From IMG/VR virus record IMGVR_UViG_3300024303_000011: DNA of 64,000 nucleotides; one strand, written 5' to 3'. Positions 55,860 to 64,000 of this stretch are shown here, piece by piece. A program made the translations under genes and the position numbers. Origin of the DNA: a virus (lineage: Duplodnaviria; Heunggongvirae; Uroviricota; Caudoviricetes). Each line of letters starts with the position of its first letter. Within the stretch, counting starts at the first letter, position 1. Under the pieces are notes generated by a model. That model was not told where the DNA came from and did no database searches. It saw only the letters and a list, made by a program, of their open reading frames with translations.

Positions 55860-56444
55860 TCATTTTGAAAATTTTTTAATTGCATCTTTATAATGCTTAT
55901 CAAATCTTGTTTTATACGAATTAACGTAATTATACAAAACATATCCAGCAGAAGGAGTTGTAGTGTACACCGCTTCATTACCATGTACACCCCACAAGAA
56001 GTCTTCAACTATATCCCATTCAGTAAAATTATTACCTTTTACGCTATGGCGCATTTTCTTGCTCAACTGTTCTTCATCAAAGATAACACCAGCCTGATAT
56101 CCAAATCTGCTATCAATTGGTCTGCATACTCCTATTGCTGGCACTCCGCTCTCCATTGATTTAATTGCGGATCTTAAACTTACATCATTGCTTCTCTTCC
56201 ATTCACTTCTATTTTTATATCTAAATTTACCGTTTTTACCACGAGGATGTTTATATTCGTCCGTTCTAATATATGTCCTACCCTGATCGCGGGTATAATC
56301 CTCATAAAAAGCATCGATGACATTATAAGTCACTGCCACTAAATCACCTTGTATTTTTTGTGCAACATCATACATAACATTGTCAAGACGTTTTGCTTCG
56401 TTTTGACTAATAAGAGTCATTAAACCATCGGTGAAATCTTTCAT
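55860..56444 (-). CDS. hypothetical protein (tail assembly chaperone position)
   Basis: Directly upstream of tape measure. Confidence 0.3.
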   Translation of the reverse strand: MKDFTDGLMTLISQNEAKRLDNVMYDVAQKIQGDLVAVTYNVIDAFYEDYTRDQGRTYIRTDEYKHPRGKNGKFRYKNRSEWKRSNDVSLRSAIKSMESGVPAIGVCRPIDSRFGYQAGVIFDEEQLSKKMRHSVKGNNFTEWDIVEDFLWGVHGNEAVYTTTPSAGYVLYNYVNSYKTRFDKHYKDAIKKFSK

Positions 56445-56470
56445 AGTACAACTCCTCCAAAATTTAAGAA

Positions 56471-57043
56471 TTACTTCCGGGCAAACATATCTATAAGCCC
56501 CTTATATTTATCTATATCAATCTGACTAAGGTCGAGATTCATATCCTCTACTTTTTCTGACAATACATCAATTAAGCCATCAACAGAGTTACCAATCTTG
56601 CCTAAAGCGTGGCCAATAACGTTTTCTACCGTATTATTGTTTGCCACAATATCAGCCATCATCATGTTGAGAACATTGTTGCATACAGCATACTCTGCGC
56701 CGATTGCCTCAAGAACAAGATCCAGTAAACCAGCCTTACAAAGCATGTCATACTCATCAAGAGAATCAAACTCATCATCTTTGCCAGAAGAAAATTCCAA
56801 GTTAGTATATTTAGAAATAACAGAGATCGTGAAAACTATATAACGACTTACGCTATCTACTTTTACGAGCCCATTATCATCTTTTTCATTGCAAATATTA
56901 AGCACATTTTCGCACAGGTCTCGCTTTTCCACGAATGGTACATAATCCTTGATTTCCAATTCTTTTCTTATATAATCCACAACAGCGTTAGGATTCATAT
57001 TTTTCTTTGCGAGAAATCCATCAACAAATTCTTTAATCTTCAT
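56471..57043 (-). CDS. hypothetical protein (tail assembly chaperone position)
   Basis: Upstream of tape measure. Confidence 0.3.
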   Translation of the reverse strand: MKIKEFVDGFLAKKNMNPNAVVDYIRKELEIKDYVPFVEKRDLCENVLNICNEKDDNGLVKVDSVSRYIVFTISVISKYTNLEFSSGKDDEFDSLDEYDMLCKAGLLDLVLEAIGAEYAVCNNVLNMMMADIVANNNTVENVIGHALGKIGNSVDGLIDVLSEKVEDMNLDLSQIDIDKYKGLIDMFARK

Positions 57044-57072
57044 AATAATAATCTCCTTTTAATCATTCTGTA

Positions 57073-57549
57073 TTATAACCTATAAATTTTGTGAGCCGCA
57101 GAATTGATACATACGGCCTCACTCTCATCATCTGTCAGACCAGTTAGTCCAAAATTCTTCTCCACGTAATTAATTGCCTGCGCCTTCAACTCAGGCCGCT
57201 TAACACCGGCTCCTTGCTTAAACGCCAGCGCCGACCGCCAACGAGACGGCGGCAATATATGAATTGGAATATTATGTGCAGTAGCATATCCAATGGCAAT
57301 ACCCTGAATACGCGCCAAGAGCTTCAGTGTCATCACGTTGCCCTGCTGTTGCTGAATATCCTCTATAAACAGAATCTCCGGCTTATATTCGCCAATCTTC
57401 TTACATATCTCCAATCCCATTTCTTTGACACGCAATTCAGTATCAGACATTTTGTGTAAATCAATGACGCCACTCTCCGAATATTCTCCATCAATAAAAA
57501 AAGACCAGGCACTAATCTTCGTGCTTTGGTCCCATGCCATTACTTTCAT
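57073..57549 (-). CDS. RuvC-like Holliday junction resolvase
   Basis: Motifs AWDQST (D), ILFIEDIQ (E), HILPPSRWR, DDESEAVCI (D) in RuvC order. Confidence 0.5.
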   Translation of the reverse strand: MKVMAWDQSTKISAWSFFIDGEYSESGVIDLHKMSDTELRVKEMGLEICKKIGEYKPEILFIEDIQQQQGNVMTLKLLARIQGIAIGYATAHNIPIHILPPSRWRSALAFKQGAGVKRPELKAQAINYVEKNFGLTGLTDDESEAVCINSAAHKIYRL

Positions 57550-57552
57550 GTA

Positions 57553-57969
57553 TTATCCCTCTTTAACAAAAGAAATAAAGTCCTGCACCTGCAGGATCTC
57601 TTTCGGACTAGGCAACGTGCCCTTAAACGAACCTCGGTTCACAATGATCTTTTCAGGATCATAATTCGCATCGCCGTCACTAATCTTTTGCATTTCAGCA
57701 TCATACTCTTCAAGCGACTTGCCCGGCTTCATCATCGGACTGCCGCCATTCATTCTCACATACCCGTTTTCGTCTGCAGCACAATACTCTTCTGTGACTC
57801 TCTTTATCATAGATGATATGATATTGTATCTTGTAGTCACGTCATTGAGCATGAGCGCTATATCTAAATTCACATCATAATCATTGTAATTCATATCCGC
57901 CAGCTTCATTAGCGTTGGATATGCGTTAAAAATTTGATAATTCTTCATAATATTTCTCCTTTTTGTCAA
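57553..57969 (-). CDS. hypothetical protein
   Basis: ORF. Confidence 0.3.
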   Translation of the reverse strand: MTKRRNIMKNYQIFNAYPTLMKLADMNYNDYDVNLDIALMLNDVTTRYNIISSMIKRVTEEYCAADENGYVRMNGGSPMMKPGKSLEEYDAEMQKISDGDANYDPEKIIVNRGSFKGTLPSPKEILQVQDFISFVKEG

Positions 57970-57974
57970 TAGGT

Positions 57975-58580
57975 TTACTTATGTATCGAATTTAATTCTG
58001 TCATCAAAACGTTCATTTGATACGCATATATGGGATAACCAGATTGCACTGTCGATAAATAATATCCATATCCACTAATTCCTTGTATAGCATAAACCGC
58101 TTCATTATACATACTGTATGTAAAAGTAAGGCCAGGATATGCTGAAGTAAAATTATATATCCAGTATCCCATATAAGCACGAACGTCATTGATGTTTGAA
58201 CACAAATTATTCCATTCTTGAGCCGTTAAATTAAAAGATCCGTTGCTAACCTTTTCTATAAGCCCTGTATTCCAATTCAGCGCACCATTAGTCCATGAAA
58301 AATATGAGGGACGTGTTGTAATATAAATTGTATCCGGCCTTGCTACGCCTCCATCATAAACTATTTCGGCATATACAGAGTGTTGAGTGTAGCTTTGCAA
58401 TCCAGATACCGTGAATCCGTTGCTGATACTAGCATACGCGCCAAGAGACTCGCTTCCGCGTGCCACATTATTAACCGCCCAGTAAATTGTACGTCCAGGC
58501 TTTGAATAGTTGGTATCAAGTCCGGCAACATACAATGTAAAAGATGATGGAGTAACGTTTCCATAAGTTATATATGCCAT
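57975..58580 (-). CDS. hypothetical structural protein
   Basis: Tyr/Ser/Thr-rich beta-type composition. Confidence 0.3.
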   Translation of the reverse strand: MAYITYGNVTPSSFTLYVAGLDTNYSKPGRTIYWAVNNVARGSESLGAYASISNGFTVSGLQSYTQHSVYAEIVYDGGVARPDTIYITTRPSYFSWTNGALNWNTGLIEKVSNGSFNLTAQEWNNLCSNINDVRAYMGYWIYNFTSAYPGLTFTYSMYNEAVYAIQGISGYGYYLSTVQSGYPIYAYQMNVLMTELNSIHK

Positions 58581-58594
58581 CTACGCTCACCACC

Positions 58595-61500
58595 TTATCC
58601 AAACACTGCTACGGCAGATAATCCAATTACAGTGGCCATTGAAAAATCTACGGTACCAGTAAAATATTTATATCCTTGAAAATATGATACTGGAAACGTC
58701 CAATAACCATACGCACCAGCTGGAGACCCAAAAGAAACATTAGGAGAATCGCCTCTAGAATACAATATTCGGAGCATATGATGCATTGTTTCACCAAATG
58801 TACCATATAGATTAAATGAGCCGCCACCATCACTAGCAGTAGATATTGCATTAAATTCATTCGCATATATTTGAGGAGAAAAGATTTTACGTTCACTAAT
58901 AAATGTATTTTTGCCACTTTCATTTTCTTTATATTCTCCTCTAGCAATCGATTGAGCCATATCTACGGCGCTGCTAGCACTCCCACTAGCAATATTTGCA
59001 GTTATATTCGCATTACCAGCCAGTTGATTTGCAGCATTTGCAGTTGTATTTGCATTCTGCGCCAGCATTACTGGATCATTGTCACCTGAGCCAATTACAT
59101 TATCCCAACTGATAGTAGAGCCAGCGCCCATATGAACCGTTCCATTAATTGTAACATTGCCACTTTCATCTATTGAAAATGTAGTGCCGCCGTCTGCCGT
59201 TTGTCCGTTCTGCGTAATTTTCTGTTTCACAGTAATTCCATATAAGCTAATGCGATTTGCATTAATTGTACCTGTTGTAATATTAGAGCCGCTAATAACA
59301 GTCTTTCCGTCTTGCAAATTATCAATCGTAACATATCCATTAAGATCTATTTTATCTGCATTTATTGTAACGTTAGACGTATCATCATTAATCTTGGCCA
59401 CAATACTAGCAGGCGTAATATTTCCGTCATCGTCTACAATAGCGCTAAACATTGTAGATGACTTAAAATCAATGTGATCCGCAGACAAAGAAAGTTTTGA
59501 AGTTCCATCAGTATTATCAATAGCTGCTACAATACTTGCAGGCGTAATAGCTCCGTCTTCTCCAACAACAGCCTTAAACATTTTATGTGCGCTCAAGTCA
59601 ATGCTGTCTGCGTCAATTTCAACATGATCTGCATCAATTTTAACAGAAGACTCAGAGCCATTAATGGCAGCCACTATACTTGCAGGAGTAATAATATCGT
59701 CTTCTTTACCAACCACAGCACTAAACATTGATGAGGCAGCTAAATTAATTTTATCTGCACTAATAGTAGTCGTAGACGTATCACCGTTAATAGACTGAAT
59801 AATCTTTGCTGGCGTAACTACTCCATTATCTACAATAGAACTAATCACAGTAGACGCCGCGATGTTCACGCGATCCGCCTCAATGGTCGCAGTAGATTCT
59901 CCATTAATAGCTTCAATAATTATGCTACCCTTGCTCGATATTGAATCATCGGTCAAATTACCATTCTCGTCAATAACCTTCTCGACTCTTTGAACAACTA
60001 ACCCAATAGACGAGCTATTGTCTTCTACCTTTTGCTCAACAGCAGCTATAGAGCCTATGACAACGCCATATATTTCATATAAAACAGTTCCATCAGATGC
60101 TGTTACAATACGACAATATGTTTGATCATTTTCATCTGCCATATAATAAATGCCATCATCGATTCTATCATCAATATCGAATTCATATTTTCTGGTTGTT
60201 GACTTCCATTCTGGTGGGTTTGCGAATCTATATTCACCATATATAGCAACTTCTTCTTCACTAACTCTAAGTAATTTATGGTAATTACGGGAAGTCAGAT
60301 TTGTAATACTCGCTTTATTTTCATTTGCCAGAGCCGTTGTATTAGCTAAAGAATCTGTTGTTTCTGTCTTAAATTCAACTAACTCGCTTATGCTTGCCTC
60401 GGCTTCGCTAATACGACTATCTATCATAGATGTTGCTTTATTGCCTATGGTCCAGATATTATAACCAACTTCTACACCATCTACATCATATACAACTTCG
60501 CAATACTTTGTTTCATCGTCGCTGGTAAAATAATATGCACCATTTTCATCCTCATCCTCATCTGAGTCTGCAAATTCAAAAATTCCTGTTTCGTCATTCC
60601 ATACTGGTTTATTATTATATTTCTTTCCGTCCTCAACGACGTCTGGAGCAGTACCCAAATAAGAATGATATACTACATGAAATCTACCATACGTTATCGC
60701 AGTTAAAGACGCATCTGTTTCATCGGCCTGTTGTTGAACAGAAGCAACAGCATTTTCTGTTGTTTGAACGGTAGCCGTAATTGTTTCAACATTCTGCTGA
60801 ATTGCGCTAATATTACGATTTGCGTCCGTGACGCTTGTAGTAATACCGTTAACGTCTGCCGCGATACTGGTGGCTCTTTCGTCAAGAGCAACGATGTCTG
60901 CTCTAATAGAATTATCTGTTTGCTTCATTGATGCAATAATACGGCTTTGATAGTTGTCATCATTTGATGCAACCCAATCCCACATGTATCCAGTCCAAAT
61001 ATAAAGATTTCCTCCTTTTAATGGACTTACTCCTACCGGCACGTCATCAACATCGCGTATGCAATACCATAAATCTCCAATTTCAAGCTTATTATCGTAC
61101 TCGTCTATTATATCGTCCTCATTAACATATTCGGCCGAAGTTATTACAATTCTCTTTTCCTTATCCCATTTACCACTATCCTGCTTATCTTCATTATAAG
61201 GAATCCATTTATATCTATAATAATGAGTGTCTGATGTTTCAAATTCAAACGACATTGTTTCTTCATTGATTTCTCCGGTTTCATCATCCACGACATCCAT
61301 TACTTCTTTATATTCTTTAGTTGGTACATAAATATGTTCTTGTGACAAGATTGACTTTGCTTCATTGTACGTCAATCCATGAGTAACCGAATATTCGCCA
61401 ACACTATATTTGTCCACGTGAGATGTTAAATGTTGAATCATTGCGCCGTTAGCATCGACCTTTTGTATAATGGCAGCAAGACTTGTACCATCAGGAAAGT

Positions 61501-62800
61501 CGCCAGTCATCAGTGAGACCAACTTTTTATGGTCTGAATTTGCCTGTGTTATAAACCCATGAACACCATTAGCTGCCCCATAATCATCATCGGCGCCCCA
61601 ATCGATAATTGGTTGCAAATCATTTTTCAAATTTACTGTATCGGCCACAGCTGTTCTAACATCATGAATAGCTCCATCGGCGGCATCTTTTGCTTCTTGT
61701 GCTACATCCCTTGCTTCTGTTGCCGCATTGGTTGCTATGCTTATAGCTTCATCGGCATTTTTAATGGCAGTTTTTGCTACTTCATCCGCTGTGGTGACTT
61801 TCACGGTCATATCCTCAAGTTCGCCTATAATATCTTGAATATCTTTGTCGGAAGCATTTACTTTTATTTCAACGTCCTCAATTTTAATAAATAAGTCTCT
61901 CAAATCCCCACCGGCCACAGATTCTTGCAGGCGGCTCAGAGCATCACTTTGAGGTGTAATAGCAATTGTTACATACTCATAACCAAGAATACTGCTCGTT
62001 GACAGCACCTTGTAGCCATAACTGTTCTTGGAAAGCGTCGCCATTCCATCGCTAGCCGGAACAACATAATCGCCTTTTCGTGCAGTGCCATCAGTATGAA
62101 CCCGCATTGCACCAACAATACCAACGATAGAATAGGCAGTGCTATTTGCATAGTTGTTTACAATATCTTTCCCTTTTTGGTACTCGCTGTTCTGATTACC
62201 GACAAATCCACTACTGCTCACGGAAATACCGTAAACATCATGTGCTTCACCGCATATTTCTATGTCATAGCCGTTATCAGAAATAGTAACAAAATATCCA
62301 GATCTATCTTCGCCACCTGGATTTCCGTCACTCCATCTTCGGAATTCGCCAAGTCCGGATTCATTAGAATAAACGCGATCAGCAACACCTAGATCGTTTA
62401 GTTCTTTGCGCAACCCAGTTATAGCGGATATTTCATGCTGATTACTCAGGTTTCTTCCATGCAGAAGAGAATGGGACACAGTTCCACTGTCTGCCGAAAT
62501 CTCTAACAAATCCTGCAAAGCCACAAACTCGGCATTCTTATCAATAGCCAATCCACCATCAAGAAGAACATCCTTATCATCCATGGCCTCATTCAGTGCC
62601 CCATTCGTCATAAATGGAAAAGCTTCAGACATTTCAATATCAATAATATTTTCGTCCTCTACTTCTATGTTTGCCGTAGATACGGTCTGGACGGAAACTT
62701 CTTGTATTTCTTCTTTTATTTCGGTGTCCATGGATTTTGCTACTGTTTGAATTACAATAGGTTCTTCAACGACTTTAACCTTTTCATCCATAGTAAACAC
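58595..62800 (-). CDS. large virion structural protein (1401 aa) with tandem ~45-aa ITPASIVAAI repeats
   Basis: Four tandem repeats (..DGxITPASIVAxI(N/D)..); N-terminal region similar to the 63153 ORF. Confidence 0.4.
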   Translation of the reverse strand: MFTMDEKVKVVEEPIVIQTVAKSMDTEIKEEIQEVSVQTVSTANIEVEDENIIDIEMSEAFPFMTNGALNEAMDDKDVLLDGGLAIDKNAEFVALQDLLEISADSGTVSHSLLHGRNLSNQHEISAITGLRKELNDLGVADRVYSNESGLGEFRRWSDGNPGGEDRSGYFVTISDNGYDIEICGEAHDVYGISVSSSGFVGNQNSEYQKGKDIVNNYANSTAYSIVGIVGAMRVHTDGTARKGDYVVPASDGMATLSKNSYGYKVLSTSSILGYEYVTIAITPQSDALSRLQESVAGGDLRDLFIKIEDVEIKVNASDKDIQDIIGELEDMTVKVTTADEVAKTAIKNADEAISIATNAATEARDVAQEAKDAADGAIHDVRTAVADTVNLKNDLQPIIDWGADDDYGAANGVHGFITQANSDHKKLVSLMTGDFPDGTSLAAIIQKVDANGAMIQHLTSHVDKYSVGEYSVTHGLTYNEAKSILSQEHIYVPTKEYKEVMDVVDDETGEINEETMSFEFETSDTHYYRYKWIPYNEDKQDSGKWDKEKRIVITSAEYVNEDDIIDEYDNKLEIGDLWYCIRDVDDVPVGVSPLKGGNLYIWTGYMWDWVASNDDNYQSRIIASMKQTDNSIRADIVALDERATSIAADVNGITTSVTDANRNISAIQQNVETITATVQTTENAVASVQQQADETDASLTAITYGRFHVVYHSYLGTAPDVVEDGKKYNNKPVWNDETGIFEFADSDEDEDENGAYYFTSDDETKYCEVVYDVDGVEVGYNIWTIGNKATSMIDSRISEAEASISELVEFKTETTDSLANTTALANENKASITNLTSRNYHKLLRVSEEEVAIYGEYRFANPPEWKSTTRKYEFDIDDRIDDGIYYMADENDQTYCRIVTASDGTVLYEIYGVVIGSIAAVEQKVEDNSSSIGLVVQRVEKVIDENGNLTDDSISSKGSIIIEAINGESTATIEADRVNIAASTVISSIVDNGVVTPAKIIQSINGDTSTTTISADKINLAASSMFSAVVGKEDDIITPASIVAAINGSESSVKIDADHVEIDADSIDLSAHKMFKAVVGEDGAITPASIVAAIDNTDGTSKLSLSADHIDFKSSTMFSAIVDDDGNITPASIVAKINDDTSNVTINADKIDLNGYVTIDNLQDGKTVISGSNITTGTINANRISLYGITVKQKITQNGQTADGGTTFSIDESGNVTINGTVHMGAGSTISWDNVIGSGDNDPVMLAQNANTTANAANQLAGNANITANIASGSASSAVDMAQSIARGEYKENESGKNTFISERKIFSPQIYANEFNAISTASDGGGSFNLYGTFGETMHHMLRILYSRGDSPNVSFGSPAGAYGYWTFPVSYFQGYKYFTGTVDFSMATVIGLSAVAVFG

Positions 62801-62801
62801 C

Positions 62802-63134
62802 TCACTCTAAAATGGTGTCGTCTTTGACCGGATATACAGTGATAGGCATAACACGACTACCGAAAACAAAATCGTTGATCGTTAATCCTCTGAGCTGCAC
62901 AAATGCTTTTCTGTCTGTTTTAAAAGCCGCAGTTGCAACCTGATCAAGCTCTACATACAGTTCCTTAGAATCTGGATCTCCCATACAGTCTTCTATACCC
63001 TTTGTAATTGGTAACGCAGGGTTATCTTCTTGCCAGAATGTTATTTGCACCTTTTTTATGTCTTCTTTTTTATAAGGTAACTTAAATCTAAATTGTTGAC
63101 ATGTAGCTCGAATCAATAGACTCACCCCTTTCAT
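62802..63134 (-). CDS. hypothetical protein
   Basis: ORF. Confidence 0.3.
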   Translation of the reverse strand: MKGVSLLIRATCQQFRFKLPYKKEDIKKVQITFWQEDNPALPITKGIEDCMGDPDSKELYVELDQVATAAFKTDRKAFVQLRGLTINDFVFGSRVMPITVYPVKDDTILE

Positions 63135-63152
63135 AAAAAATGCGTTGGAGGG

Positions 63153-64000
63153 TCATTTAAAAACGACCCTCACAACATTATCGCTAACTCTTTTAATTAC
63201 TCTATAGCCGCTTTCAGAAGCTGTTGCTATTCCGCCTTCTGCTACTGTGCAATAACCGTTAACAGTACACGTGCCGTCATCTCTTACGGCCAAGACGCCA
63301 AACATACCGACAGCATCCCACTCTGGTCTATCTTTACGCTGAATATAAGGAAGAGAAGGATCATAATCCGGATTTTCTTTGTACTTGGTTCCTGTTTTTG
63401 TCACAGTTTTCTTTTCGCCCGTTTCTTTATCAAAAACATCTTCTTCATATTCAAACTCTTCAGTAATAAACGCTCCAAAGTCGTCAAGAATATATCTTCC
63501 TCTCCAGTTTTCGTCTCCATTACCAATTACTGCGGGCAGACCGCTGATGATACCAAGAATATAGTCGTTTGGTTCTGCAATTTTAATCTTATCTCCATCA
63601 AGAGTTACGAAATAGCCACGTCTATCTTCATCGTTTGGATTCAAGTCTTGCCACTCAAAAAACTCGGCATAGTCGGCACCAGAAGCTACCAAATAAGACT
63701 GTGCATATGGTACACCGTTGTAATCTACACGGAATGCATTTGAAAGATGACCGGGTGCGCCATTGCCGATTACAAAAGCTACTCCTTCTGTTCCAGCAAT
63801 AGAACCTTCTGCAATATTATAATTATAATGTCCTTGTACATGTTGATATTGAAATGCACTAGTCTTATTTCCCTCAGCATGAGAAGCAGTACCGATGGCT
63901 TCCGTTTCAACTCCTTCTGCATGAGAAGCATCTCCCTCTGCGATTGTACCGATTCCCTCTGCATGAGAATAGTCACCCTGAGCTCTTGTTAACTGACCTT
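63153..64000 (-). CDS. fibre-like structural protein with YadA-head-like SHAEG repeats (5' partial, continues beyond window)
   Basis: Frame stays open upstream of the track TTG start to the window edge; repeats ..SHAEGIGTIAEGDASHAEGVETEAIGTASHAEG.. Confidence 0.45.
   Translation of the reverse strand, partial: GQLTRAQGDYSHAEGIGTIAEGDASHAEGVETEAIGTASHAEGNKTSAFQYQHVQGHYNYNIAEGSIAGTEGVAFVIGNGAPGHLSNAFRVDYNGVPYAQSYLVASGADYAEFFEWQDLNPNDEDRRGYFVTLDGDKIKIAEPNDYILGIISGLPAVIGNGDENWRGRYILDDFGAFITEEFEYEEDVFDKETGEKKTVTKTGTKYKENPDYDPSLPYIQRKDRPEWDAVGMFGVLAVRDDGTCTVNGYCTVAEGGIATASESGYRVIKRVSDNVVRVVFK

Noticed and set aside
38000-55900. Numerous plus-strand ORFs of 60-215 aa opposite the tape-measure exons
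   Set aside because: Antisense of a repetitive Lys/Glu-rich coding sequence yields Phe/Leu/Ser-rich frames without RBS; spurious.
55860-57043. Programmed -1 frameshift in tail assembly chaperones upstream of the tape measure
   Set aside because: The two candidate ORFs are separated by 26 nt and do not overlap; no slippery heptamer seen near the 3' end of the upstream ORF.
1-64000. Stop-codon reassignment / alternative genetic code
   Set aside because: All motif-bearing genes are read through cleanly in code 11; the tRNA set contains no suppressor anticodon (CUA/UCA/UUA).

Overview
This window looks like an AT-rich double-stranded DNA bacteriophage segment. Strong AGGAGG-type ribosome-binding sites, an anaerobic NrdD/NrdG pair and a SleB-like lysin point to a Firmicutes-like anaerobic host; that host assignment is inference, not observation. 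The plus-strand left arm (1-27 kb) is an auxiliary/early region. It contains a P-loop kinase fused to an HD phosphohydrolase, and two tRNA arrays of about 14 tRNA genes. Four of those tRNAs carry 45-54 nt insertions in the anticodon arm. There is also a TROVE+vWA (Ro60/Rsr-like) gene directly preceded by a tandem array of hairpin RNAs that share an ACAGCAA loop motif. An HNH endonuclease sits among the tRNAs. The arm continues with an SPFH protein, a Pol-beta nucleotidyltransferase, and a complete nicotinamide-to-NAD+ pathway (PncA, PncB, NadD-like, NadE) next to an NAD-dependent DNA ligase. A nucleotide-metabolism block follows (guanylate-kinase-like, HAD nucleotidase, glutaredoxin, NrdD, NrdG, dUTPase), then a SleB-like cell-wall hydrolase and an AT-rich large serine recombinase island. 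The minus-strand right arm (27-64 kb) is a siphovirus-like lysis and tail module. It holds a holin and membrane proteins, two tail fibres (one with an S74 intramolecular chaperone), Tal, Dit, and a giant tape-measure gene. The tape-measure gene appears split by a roughly 1.24 kb group-I-like intron carrying a DUF559-type homing endonuclease. Upstream lie a RuvC-like resolvase, a 1401-aa repeat-rich structural protein and a partial fibre gene with YadA-like repeats. A family of near-identical sigma70-like promoter cassettes with conserved flanking motifs recurs through the plus-strand arm. All assignments rest on reading motifs in the sequence; no similarity searches were run.
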